A stretch of 64,000 nucleotides of DNA from Octopus sinensis (taxonomy: Eukaryota), in contig NC_043001.1 in NCBI RefSeq assembly GCF_006345805.1, positions 109,926,001 to 109,990,000 of the forward strand, written 5' to 3'. Every line of letters starts with the position of its first letter. Position 1 is the stretch's first letter. The notes under the pieces were generated by a model. The model was not told the origin of the DNA and searched no databases. It worked only from the letters and a program-made list of their open reading frames with translations. Below are positions 51,959 through 64,000 of this stretch, one piece after another. The position numbers were made by a program, and so were the translations under genes.

Positions 51959-52819
51959 GCCTGACCAGCAAGGTGAAAAGGCTGACCTCCCCTGTTCGAA
52001 GGTTATAATGGACACAGGTCCGTGTGTCACATAGCTAGCTAGAGGTGATGGCCTCTTGGAGCTAATCAACGGCAGCATTCGTCCTATATTTCTGGACTGC
52101 CATATTAGCTTGGCGATAACTATTGATTTAATACTTGTTTAGCTTTCTAAAATGATATTGATATTCCTTTGCTTGGAAATCGGAAGAATTATACGCCCGA
52201 GGGACCAACAATTTCCCGAGTAGATGGGATTATGCTATCAATATGAAGGGCAAATATTATGATTAAATATATTAATTATGGTCGGAGAAATGTTTACTTA
52301 TTTCCCAACTTGAAATGTGAGATTTTCTTTCCACCCTCATAAAAATATGCATTTCTGCTTGGCAAAAGTTATGCATGAACAGACTATGAGTTTAACTACG
52401 TCTCCGCATTCAAAGACACTCTACATTTACAGTATAGAGCTCTTGTAAAAGCATTTTGTGTTGTGTTTTGAAAATGTCATGATCCTACACCGCACTCTAG
52501 AATAGTTCCATTTCTTGTTTTAGATACTTTTCATTCATACCTGTGAAGTTTACCTCAGCATTTCTATCTAGTTTGGCTGTTTCATGTATTTTTCTTCGAT
52601 TAATCCTATGCTTTCAAAACTACCAGTCATTTCATCTTTTATTTTAAATTTGTCATTCCTTACACAAAAATCAATTGTCTACTTATTTCGTGATTTTTAT
52701 TTATTTAGTTTGCTGGATATTTCTTGTGTTTACACAGCGAATATTTTATCATTTTCCTATTGCATAATAATCTTATTTCCTCCTTTTTATGATGTAATTT
52801 TTAAAGTTATATTCCATAA

Positions 52820-54128
52820 TCTTGCTCACAGTGCATCGGAAATCATAGCCGGTCAAGACGGTTTCGGCTCTTCGACTTGGTGACCAATAAGGCTGAGGAC
52901 CCCTACTCACACTTCCACGTAGAGAGGGAAATCAGTAGCTGGAGAAAGGCCTGACGGGCTACAGTCGGGTACGAGAAGGCCATGCTTAGGTAGAAGTTTA
53001 TAGGAGAACATTCTTTGTGCTTCGTCTTTGCTGTCTCGTCAGCCTGGGTATCTATGAATCCCCCTTGATCTCCGGTCCCGACAGGCAACTCGGCTGGATC
53101 AACGGAGAATGGATTGGCGATGTAACCACAGCATGTCTCGTCCGGGAAATAATGCATCAACTCAATCTTGAGCAGCGAGAGGTGACGGACGATTTTGGGG
53201 AAAATACATTATTGGGCTCGCTGTCAAGTGTAGTCAGGAGTTCGTATATTCCATAGCGTTTGCTCTCCACGTTCTTCAACCACAGATCCAACTTCCAGAC
53301 AAACGATCCCAGCTTTAAGATGAACTCTGTGACAGTGCATTTGGGCCCTTGAAACGACAGGTATAAGTGGCTGAGGGCAACAAAAATGTCCGACAGGCAG
53401 GCCAACCTTGAGATAAACCCCTCATCCTCTAGATCTTTTTGAAAATCATGTTCCTTCTCCGCGGAGAAAACAAGAATTTCATCTCTCTGTTCAAAGAGAC
53501 AGCTCGTCGCATTACCCCGGGGGAACCAATATGGTAGAGGAGGAGACAGATGTGGTCGGAGCCGAAATCTTTGCAGAGCAGCTTGAACAGCCGAGTATTT
53601 AGAGCCGACGTTTTGATATTCGCAACCCTGGTAACTCGGTTCAAGAATGATAAAATCTTCGGAGGGAGCACCTGAGCACAAAGGGCAAAAGAAGCAAACC
53701 TTTGCCAGATTACCTTGTGGAAGGCAGTAAACTTTGTGGAGAATATTATAATTTGTAATAGTATGCCTGCCTCGCTAGACCCCAGTCAGCCTCTACCCAT
53801 CTCAGAGATAAAAGACACGTACCAGAAACCAAATAAACAGCTGTCGTTTATTAATGAGCACACGGCGCATTTTATTCGTGCGTGCCCTTTAAGGTCACAC
53901 AGCATCACGCCATACTCAAGGATATGCGCATTGGTTAGACGGCGTTGAACACTGTACAGAGAGCGAATAAAAGTTAACCAATAGTATGCATGTAGTGAAA
54001 AAGTACTGATTACTGATTGATTAATGTGGAAAGCATTAATCACATGCTGGGCGAATATGCGAAATGGCCCAAACTAATAATCGCATATTACCCCGAAAAT
54101 GCTCGCGTACCACAGGTGGGAACCACTG
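52820..54128 (-). mobile_element. Decayed hAT (Charlie/Buster-like) DNA transposon
   Basis: Frameshifted minus-strand ORFs: SALNTRLFKLLCKDFGSDH..., RLACLSDIF...LSFQG...KLDLW, and YFP...NPF...QADETAKTKHKECSPINF...YPTVA...STWKCE (hAT dimerisation domain). Terminus CAGTGGTTCCCAC on the minus strand at 54128. Confidence 0.85.
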
Positions 54129-54345
54129 CATTAGACGAATAGCTAGAATGGTGACATATCTTACCATACACTCTATACTTACTTCTGTTATATTTATCTA
54201 ATATATTTAAAACAGTATTGCCTAATTTCTTCAGTTGTGAATTTTGTACACAGACCTGTTCTTAAATTCGTAAATATCTTTAGGTTTATGTTCGTTGTAA
54301 TTCGCTTATCGCAGATTCTTTATGTAGCGTGTTGTTCTCTATTAC

Positions 54346-54708
54346 TCTATTATTTGTTTCAGTCATTTGACTGCGGCCATGCTAAAGCACCGCCTTTAGT
54401 CGAACAAACCGACCCTAGGACTTATTCTTTGTAAGCCTAGTACTTATTCTATCGGATTTTTTGCTGATCCGTTATGTTACTGGGACGAAAACACAAAAAT
54501 CGGTTGTCAATGGAGGGGGAACAAACACAGACTCACAAACGTACACACACACATACAACGGGCATCTTTCAGTTTCCGTTTACCAAATCTACTCACAAGG
54601 CTTTGGACGCCTCGAGACTATAGTAGAAGACGCTTACTCTAGGTGCCAGGCAGTGGGGCTGAACCTAGAACCATGTTGTTCTTACCACACAGCCACCCCT
54701 GCGCCTAT
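54346..54708 (-). mobile_element. Family A SINE
   Basis: Reverse complement of family A. Confidence 0.8.
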
Positions 54709-55299
54709 GGCCACTGTGGTTCATTTAATTTTCGTATCATTAAGTTTGCCTTAATTCGTGTAAATATCTCAGGTAGATCCATAGTCTGAAATTGAGTTTT
54801 CCAGTCGACATGGCACAACGGAGACCGTTCATATATTAGAGATGTTCCATGCTAAATAAACATTTTGGTAAAATATTTCGTCACCGGACAAAGACAGAAC
54901 GACATGCCAGAATATTTATATTCTCTTGGGAATAGGCTTTATTTTTATATTTCTCTCTTTTTTATGTACTTTGTTGGGTTTTGTGGATCACTAATTAACT
55001 AATATGGTCAAACGAGCTTTTTTCGCTTTTCTTCTAATCGTGTTGAAACAAAATCGTTTCCCCGTGTACAATTTCTTAAATAATTTTACTCTAAAAGTTT
55101 TGTAGATTGTAGGAAAAGGTTTGAGTTCATACTATTTACAGTTTGTTTGTCCTATAGTTTTGAAAATTAGGCTGTTCTTCGTACATTGAACCAGTTTTTG
55201 CTTCCTGTTCAATCTATAGCATCTTAAATATCTCTGCTGGCATATAAAATTTCATAGATAAAAATTTAAAACTAAATTTGAAATTTTACCTCCTACTTC

Positions 55300-56000
55300 T
55301 GTCTTCCAATTGTTGCTGTAAAATTCCTTTTATTTGTTCATTTATTTTGGTATTGAATGTAGTAATTGTCCTGTTGATATAATATTACATTACGTTTCAA
55401 AGACTGTTGTTTAGAAGTGTCTCGTCCGTGGTAGGTCTGTCATTTTGTTATACATACTCCCCTCCAAAAATCTTCTCTTTGATACAACTTGTATTGATTT
55501 CTACTTTTTGACAAGAATTTGATAAATAATTTTGCACTGGAGTCAAACTGTTGATTTTGTTCAATAATTGTTAGTCGTTTTTCATACTGTCGCTGTCTTT
55601 GAAATTTAGCGAAGATCTCTTGTTTCAGGCGTTGTTAGATATCGGTTACATACTTTTTCTTTTTTCATTGTGACGTTATATTTCCGTAGTATTTGTCTCT
55701 CCTTTCACTTATCAGTTATGTCGTCTCGTTATTGATCTCTTTGAGAATTGACAGATATCTCCTCTGATTTTCTTTTATCTTACACTGTATATATGTTTTC
55801 AGTTTTATTTGCTTTTATTTTGTTATTCTTTCAATGAGATCTGAGCGATTACACATTTCTCTTTATAACAACTGTTGCTGTTGCATATATTATTTCAGTT
55901 AGCCTGTTGCTATTGACATTTGTGCCTGTGATAATTATGTCTCTCATGACCGGGCTAGCATATTTCTTTTTATTGTTCCATCTTTATTACTGAAGATTAC
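55300..56000 (-). pseudogene. Highly decayed R4/Dong-like LINE fragment (pre-RT region)
   Basis: Manual minus-strand translation gives IYATATVV, RQRQYEKR..IEQNQQFDSSAKLF and EDFWRG, which resemble this clade as I recall it; many stops. Confidence 0.5.
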
Positions 56001-56225
56001 CCTTGGGAAATGCAATCGTTGGTTCACAGTGTTTACATTTCTTATAATATTACAACCCGGAGATTGTCAGCATCATCACAACTAACTTTAGGATTCTCCA
56101 TTCTCTAGCCTCCTTGATATTCAATATCCTCTTTTATTTATATTTTCACGCTTGTTTACCATTGATGTTTTACAGTTGTTCTAGGGTTTCGATTTCTTCT
56201 ATTATTTTATTTCCTTTAATCGCGC

Positions 56226-56720
56226 TTCAAGTTCGATTCGTACTTCATATTCATATTGAATTTGTACGTCATATTCATATCCGATTCGTACTTCAGATTC
56301 ATATTCGATTCGTACTTTACATTCATATCCGATTCGTACTTCAGATTCATATTCGATTCGTACTTCAGATTCATATTCGATTCGTACTTTACATTCATAT
56401 CCAATTCGTACTTCATATTCATATCGGATTCGTACTTCACATTTATATTCAATTCGTACTTCATACTCATATTCGATTCGTACTTCATATTCATATCCGA
56501 TTCGTACTTCATATTTATATTCAATTCGTACTTCATACTCATATCCGATTCGTACTTCATATTTATATTCAATCCGTACTCCATATTCATATCCGATTCG
56601 TACTTCATATTCATATCTGATTCGTACTTCATATTCATATCAGATTCGTACTTCATATCCATATCCGATTCGTTCTCCATATTCATATGCCATTCTTACT
56701 TCATATTCATATCCGATTTG
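56226..56720. repeat. 24-bp minisatellite (~20 copies), consensus GATTCGTACTTCATATTCATATCC
   Basis: Directly visible; open in three frames, with (MNMKYESD)n on the minus strand. Confidence 0.95.
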
Positions 56721-56827
56721 TATATTATATTCTGTGTTCTTTACGTTGTCCACGTTTTAATTCATTTTGCTTTAATTTCGTTGGCGTCCGCATTCGTCTT
56801 TCTTGTTTTGTGATGTATAATCTGGTA

Positions 56828-57240
56828 TTTCTCTCTTTTACTCTTTTACTTGTTTCAGTCATTTGACTGCGGCCATGCTGGAGCACCGCCTTTAGACGAG
56901 CAAATTGACCCTGGGACTTATTCTTTGTAAGCCCAGTACTTATTCTATCGGTCTCTTTTGCCGAACCGCTAAGTGACGGGGACGTAAACACACCAGCATC
57001 AGTTGTCAAGCAATGCTAGAGGGACAAACACAGACACGCAAGCATATACACACACATATATATATATATACACATATATACGACAGGCTTCTTTCAGTTT
57101 CCGTCAATCAAATCCACTCATAAGGCTTTGGTCGGCCCGAGGCTATAGCAGAAGACACTTGCCCAAGGTGCCACGCAGTGGGACTGAACCCGGAACCATG
57201 TGGTTAGTTAGCAAGCTACTTACCACACAGCCGCGCCCAT
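56828..57240 (-). mobile_element. Family A SINE, full length
   Basis: Close match to the family A consensus. Confidence 0.88.
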
Positions 57241-57835
57241 GTATAAATAATATTTATCAGTTTCTGAAATTTGTATTCCCATCGACAGGAACTTATGTAA
57301 AATATGTGATGCACACATGAATATGATCTACTGCAATTCACTTTCTTCAGCCAGAAGCTATGAATCTCATCTTGTCATAGGGGTTTCTAGTTAGGCGCTT
57401 GTTCTTCCACATCACCCGTGCTTATGACAATATTCCTTTGTTTCTTTCCTCCTTGTAATTCTGCCTTGGTAATTTCTATCTACATTGAACCTTTTTCATG
57501 CACCACATTATGTGTGTGTGTGTTTGTGTGTACGTGTGTTGGTGTATGTTTCTGAGTTTGTGTGTGTGAATGTATGTTTGTGAGTCTGTGCGCGTGAGTC
57601 TCTGTGTGTGAATGTGTGTGCGTGCGCGCTGCGTGTGTGTACGTATGTGCATGCGTGTTTGCGAGAGTGTGTGTGCGCGTGTATGTGTATATGTTAGTAC
57701 CCTAACTTAACGGTTCAGCAAAATAACCGTTAGAATAAGTTACAGACTTAAGAACATAAAGACTGTTGTATATTCGTTTCGTTAAAATTCTTCAAGATGG
57801 TGCCCCAGCATGGCCACATTGTAATGCCTGAAACA

Positions 57836-58251
57836 AATAGTAGTTGTGTGGTAAGTAGCTTCCTTACCAATCTCATGGTTCCGGGTTCAGTCCCACTGCT
57901 TGGCAACTTGGGCTAGTGTCTTCTACTATAACCTCGGGCCGACCAAAGCCTTGTGAGTGGATTTGGTACACGGAAACTAAAAGAAGTCATATATATATAT
58001 ATATGTATATGTGTATGTATATATATATGTCTGTGTGTTTGTGTGTCTGTGTTTGTCTCGCCAGCATTGCTTGACTGTCGATGCTTGTGTGTTTACGTCC
58101 CCGTAACTTAGCGGTTCGGCAAAAGAGACCGATAGAATAAGTACTAGGATTATAAAGAATATGTCCTGGAGTCGATTTGTTCGACTAAAGGCGGTGCTCC
58201 AGTATGGTCGCAGTCAAATGACTGAAACAAGTAAAAGAGTAAAAGAGTATC
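57836..58251 (+). mobile_element. Family A SINE, preceded by an older degenerate family A tail (~57700-57835)
   Basis: TGTGTGGTAAGTAGCTT head through (AAAAGAGT)2 tail. Confidence 0.85.
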
Positions 58252-60516
58252 ATATTTATTTGTAATTGGCTTATACAAATATATATAATTATATAAGAAA
58301 ATTCCAATATATACGGATGTCAGAACATCTATGCAGTTTCTAGATCTGCGGTCAATTATGCAGCATATTTGATTTACATGTATCTGATGCAACTTTCTGA
58401 AGCTTAAACCTCTCCCAATTGCATTTACATCTACTTATTCGTGACTGGTTATGAGTCTGTGCAGCTTTATTCAAAGTACAGCCACTGATGTGTTCTGAAG
58501 CGAACTAAGAGCATTTTGCTTTGGCTGGTATCATATGTCGTAGGTAACTATAAGTTTTCACTGCAAAGAACGTAATAAGTTTTAGAAACCTGATACGGCT
58601 ATAAACTTGTTATGCGATCGACACTATACTATCTTGACCCGTGGTTTGAATTTCGAAAGCAACGCTAGCCTTGGGTTGATTATGTATTAGCAAGCTTCAG
58701 GTTTTTGCGCACAATTACTGGTTATGAATTCAGATATAATTAAATATATCGGATATGTAGAACTTACTGGTGAGGTGAATTGAAATTTTTCTTTGTAGAA
58801 ATCAAGTTTTAATTTACATGTAATTCCGTCGTTCTGAGTCTAAGTATTTTCGAATATGTAGTTTTACGTACGGAGAACACTGACTAATACTTGAAATAGG
58901 AACACTAGATATTACACTGATATTTACAATGTAAAAGGCAACTCCTATTACATGGTGCTTACTTAATTACAAATAACTTTTGCAGAAGCATTTGAATGCC
59001 CCTTCTCTAAAGGTGCGGTCATCTTAGGTCTTCTTGACTACTATTAAGCCACTGGTGTTTAAACGTGAAAATATGGAATCATATTTTCTATACATATATT
59101 GAATGCTCTTCTACGATTACATAGGTTCTGCTGCGTCCATTATTTCCTGTTCTATTTTAAAGTTAGAGTTTCTATCCTTAAGAGACCAGGTAAACACACG
59201 TAAGCTAGTGCTGTGCATTTTCTCTTTATCCTTAGATGAAGTTAAATGATTTGCCTGTATCGCCTCCAAGTTAATCTAACGTGTATAATTATATTCAAAT
59301 AGCTAAGAACAATTTGCTGATTCACCACGGCGATGAATACGTAAGATTAAATTAATAGACAGACGATTCAGACGTTCTCGTTTCCATTTAATTACGTGAT
59401 GTGGATAAACCAAAACAATTAGCAGAATGTGGATATCTACCACTCCGGAATGTATTTCGAGGTGAGTTGTCTCATCTCTCTTTGACTTTCAGATGTTTTA
59501 ACACACAGTACTACACAGTGCTACGAGGGAATCGTTCCCAAAGCGCTATAGGGTAGCAACCCGGCGAACAAGCAAAACATGCAATGAGCATGTGTTGACG
59601 ATAATGTTTAGAACACTAGAACTGCTTTTAATTCGTAATAGGACTTAATATCATGTATGTATCATCATGACATACCAGAAAATGGGTTTTACACTATTTG
59701 TATATAATCATAAACTAGTCTGATCCAGCACGTGATATTGATAAGCCACAGAATAAAAAAAATGGCGAAATCCTGTTATCCATTATTCCTGAATGAGACT
59801 GAAGACGAGCGGTCTCGTCTGTCTATGTCTCAGTTTTATGAGAGAGATGTATTCAAAACGCCATACGGCCGCCAGCAGGTGATTAATTATTTTCTAATCA
59901 GCATCAAAGGCAAATATGTAATAACAAAATAGAATTAGATCTTGGCGCGGTAAATTTGTACATCTTGTAGGTCTGGCTTTGCACAAATTTAAATGTTTGC
60001 TAATGGCGCGATATTAACCACCCACTCATTTCTAGTGTTCACATTTCGACGCTATAGGAACTCGATTTTATATTGATGACACAAATGGGTGGTCATGCTG
60101 AAACAGTCCTCACATCATAATTAATGACGTTTTCCTGACACACATTAATACCAAACAAAAACCAATAATGTGTTGTTCCTTGATTTCATGCAAAATGATA
60201 AATAAATATGAGGTGGGAGTGTATTGACAATCGATATGCCAACACAAACTCATATACATGCGTACGTACATACGTATACGTATAAGTGTGTATGAAACAA
60301 TCATAAGACAAAGAATAAAACAAAAAGAAAACTGTTCTCCTTCTGCAGGTAGTGTTTTATGTAGAGAGCTTGGAGGGAATGAGATTTACCAAGACACACT
60401 GATACATTAAATCATTATATATATTTTATAATTGTCATGGAGTTTTCATGAATCTCTCGCTTTCTCACTCATCTCCTTCATTTGGAAAAGAAAAGACAAT
60501 AACTGAATAAAGTCCT

Positions 60517-60580
<64 letters not shown>

Positions 60581-60581
60581 C

Positions 60582-60616
<35 letters not shown>

Positions 60617-61123
60617 TTCCATATACATACATATATATATATACATATATATACATATATATATACACATACTTACATACATACATATATATATACATAT
60701 ATATATATGTATATATATATATATATGTATATATATATGTTTCGCCATGGGCTCTTAGGAGCATAGTTCGATTTGTTTTTGCTCCGCCTCTGTTCTGTTT
60801 TTGTTTTTCCAACGGATTTCCTATTTTCTTCCTGAAGAGAAAGACACAATATGGTCCCATTATTCAATCGGATTTTGGTAATTTGTGCCTTTCGAAACAC
60901 GTGTAGAATGAAATAAAACGATTTCTGTTCAATCTGCGTTCAGCTCCATTTCTTCAATTCACCAATAATGTTTTAATTTCAATTATCCGCACCAACGCAC
61001 GGTTGCAACACCATATGGTTGTACCTCCAACCGTGCTGTTTACTGCTGTGATTTTTGCTACTAAGGTATCGGTTAAACTTTTGATTAATCTACTACAAGA
61101 TTATTCATCTTTCTATTTCACAT

Positions 61124-61213
<90 letters not shown>

Positions 61214-62084
61214 TTTATATATATATATATATAAGGCAAATATTTAGATTAGACAAAGGGAGTAAATTAGACAGAATCCATTAATGAAACATACAATCTT
61301 ATATGTTAGGAGATACCTTCTCTCATAAAAGCCGTTTATTCCATAGATCAATGAACAAATTGATCAATTCGGAAGTAAATATCAACGTATATAAATGTAG
61401 GTAGATCAAAGGACATGTACACTAATGATTTCTATGTTTCTGTAATAATAGAATACTTAGTTACATATAGTGGTTAATCCAGAATGACATGTGTTCAGCG
61501 CAGAATAACGAGCATATATGAAATGGCTTGAAATTGCACATACGCACATGAGAACGTAAAAAGGCGGGAGATTTGCTTGAGCTGTTCCCAGTACTTGATA
61601 TAACAGCTAAATCGCCCTCAAATATTTCCCTCTCGCAAAGCAAATGGTATAGTGGATTTTATGCTTTCGTAGCAATCCTTGAAGAAGAATGGGTGGATGT
61701 GTTTATAACAGACAATGTTACATAGGTATATTCAATGAGATCTATCCTGCATATTTGACGCACTATTACGTTCGTGTTCCTTCTGTCTTCTATGTTCTGT
61801 AATCATAGACTGATATATTCTCATTTTTAAAAATCAATTCCTGATTTGTTCTGTTATAAAATGTCAAAGAAGTCTTCTCTAAGAGAAAGAAATAAGAGAA
61901 CGTAGGTGAATTACAAACAAATGCCTAGTGAACTCAATATGCTATCCACAGTCATTAACCTATATTGATGAAAAATATTTAAAACTCGCATCTTTGTATA
62001 TATTTGAATGTGATCAGGTCGATGGTCGAGTTACCAAATTTGAAACAATAAATAATGATTTCAAATTTTTGTTACAATGGCAGA

Positions 62085-62265
62085 TTGAGGTGGAGGGGAT
62101 TAACCCAATTACATCGACTCAGGCGGGTAACTGGTACTTATTTAATCAACCCCGAAAAGATGAAATGCAAAGTCAACCTCGGAGGTATTTGAACTCAGAA
62201 CGTAACGGGCGAAATACGGCTACGCATTTCGACCGGTGCGCTAACGATTCTCCTAGCTCGCCGCT
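62085..62265 (-). mobile_element. Family B SINE (diverged)
   Basis: GATGAAATGCAAAGTCAACCTCGGAGGTATTTGAACTCAGAACG...GCTCGCCGC. Confidence 0.8.
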
Positions 62266-62530
62266 TTTTACTATTTCTCAACAAACAGCCATAGGAATAA
62301 ATTCAGCCTGTCTTAAGATCTCAGACTTCTAATATGTATTGTTTTTATCTTGATTTAACCTGATGTGACTTTTACTCTAAATGTTTCCAAAATATGAACT
62401 TTTATAAATTTGTTATTGGTTTTGGATTTGAATCGCAACAATTGTAGGGATTATTAATATTATTGTAATAAATTAATAAATTAAAATATGTCAGTTTAAA
62501 CTCTCTATTTTCCTTATAAATTGTTTATAT

Positions 62531-62596
<66 letters not shown>

Positions 62597-63140
62597 ACGC
62601 CTTTTAAATTCACGATCCTCTAAATTGTTTTCTTGTAGCATCCCTTGGATGTATTGATCTCATAACGATGAATACATTTATGTTTGTGTCATTCAATTAC
62701 TTTATCTGCCCCGATATCGATGAATATATAAACTAACGTATATATCCCGCTGTCTCATAACATCGTTTCTGTTTCTACAACAGTGTAAATCTCATCTTAT
62801 GATATTATTAGACGCAGAGAAACATTTAAAATTAATTCTCTTGCTCCACTTTCTAACCATCAATATACAGATTACATTTCGTTTAACACTTAAACCTGGA
62901 TCATGTTCTGTGAACGCCGCCGCATTTTTCGTGTATGCCGGATATTAGTAATATTGCCGCCGTTGGTGATTGTTAGGAAAAATTTTAATCTATAACCGAA
63001 AATATGAAATCATTAATGTCGTTACTGTTTACATGAGTAAAATCAATGCCTGATTTTCTAGAATGAAAGATGTGATGTTACTATGGTAAAAGTGTTCCAG
63101 GACTTTGGAGATGTAGCTATATATATGAATAAGACTGGAT

Positions 63141-63225
<85 letters not shown>

Positions 63226-63311
63226 TAGTAGTGGTGGTGGTGGTTGTGGTGGCAATACTATCACTAATATCACCACTGCTACAACAAATAATAATAGTAA
63301 TAATAATAATG

Positions 63312-63375
<64 letters not shown>

Positions 63376-63397
63376 TAATAATAATAATAATAAAATG

Positions 63398-63440
<43 letters not shown>

Positions 63441-63459
63441 GCAAGATGATACCTACCTA

Positions 63460-64000
63460 GAAAGTAAGGTGGAAGACGCTTAATATCAGTAGAAGACTGC
63501 GTGGAGTTTGCTTGAATAGATATAGATTCCTTCCTTGGTAATTAGAGAAGAAAGTTTATTAAAAGTTACTTAAATAATCAACAGCTCTTGTAGATTGGAC
63601 GAAAACTGAATTAGCAAGGCTACACAGAAGAACTAGGATGGAATTCAATATGAATGGACGACTCCACCCAAGGTTAGGAGTAGCAAGATTATATCTACCT
63701 AGAAAGGAAAGAAGAGGGTTAATATCAGTAAAAGACTGCGTGGAGTTAGCTAGAGTAGATATTGACTCCTATGTAAGTAATATTGAAGAAAGTTTATTAA
63801 GAGCTGCTAGAGTCACAGCAAGACATAGGGAAACCAACACACCAAATGAACTTAAAAAAAAACAGAAAAAAAGAACAGAAATTATCTGACTGTCATTAGA
63901 AGGCGTTGCATGGTAGATATTTTCTGCAAATAGTAGCAGTGAGATATGTTCATAGCTGCAGAAAGGAAACCTGAAAAGGGAGATAGAAAGTTTTTAGTAG
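63460..64000 (+). pseudogene. Decayed R4/Dong-like LINE fragment (post-RT region), runs off the window
   Basis: ORF 63638-63889 LHPRLGVARLYLPRKERRGLISVKDCVEL resembles HPKxDVDRLYLPRKEGGRGLISIEDCV. Downstream LHGRYF and KGNLKRE are in other frames; a short duplicate of the motif lies at 63446-63560. Confidence 0.75.

Larger units (their letters stand above)
51713..52125. mobile_element. Diverged sister of the 38.5-40.3 kb unit, in inverted arrangement
   Basis: Arms ~51713-51856 and ~51897-52043 are inverted. The right part aligns with the array unit from GGTAAATA (51860) to GGCGATAACTATT (52125). Confidence 0.85.

Noticed and set aside
59420-59495. GAG|GTGAGT donor followed 31 nt later by CTTTCAG acceptor
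   Set aside because: The implied intron is implausibly short and the flanking frames close quickly.

Overview
AT-rich eukaryotic DNA dominated by microsatellites ((TA)n, (AAT)n, (CA)n, (TATG)n, (TCTA)n) and repeats. The tRNA-derived SINE families look like those I recall from Octopus/coleoid cephalopod genomes; this is recall, not a database match. Almost all ORFs in the supplied track are microsatellite or SINE read-through. Recognisable protein-coding remnants are all decayed transposons: three mariner fragments, a hAT Charlie/Buster-like transposase, a CR1/L2-type LINE RT and two R4/Dong-like LINE pieces. No host gene can be identified confidently; a few candidate exons are flagged. The main unexplained signal is about six distinct repeat families carrying type I hammerhead ribozyme (HHR) motifs, nearly always in inverted (fold-back) arrangement. 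These include a ~360-bp tandem array (38.5-40.3 kb) with a U3-A8 variant HHR in every unit, a diverged sister family with compensatory changes (51.7-52.1 kb), a palindrome encoding one HHR on each strand (45.9 kb), and a tRNA-headed (AAT)n element ending in an HHR (9.3, 33.2-34.1, 36.3 kb). This fits non-autonomous Penelope-like/retrozyme-type elements. All folds were done by eye; ribozyme activity and novelty are untested.
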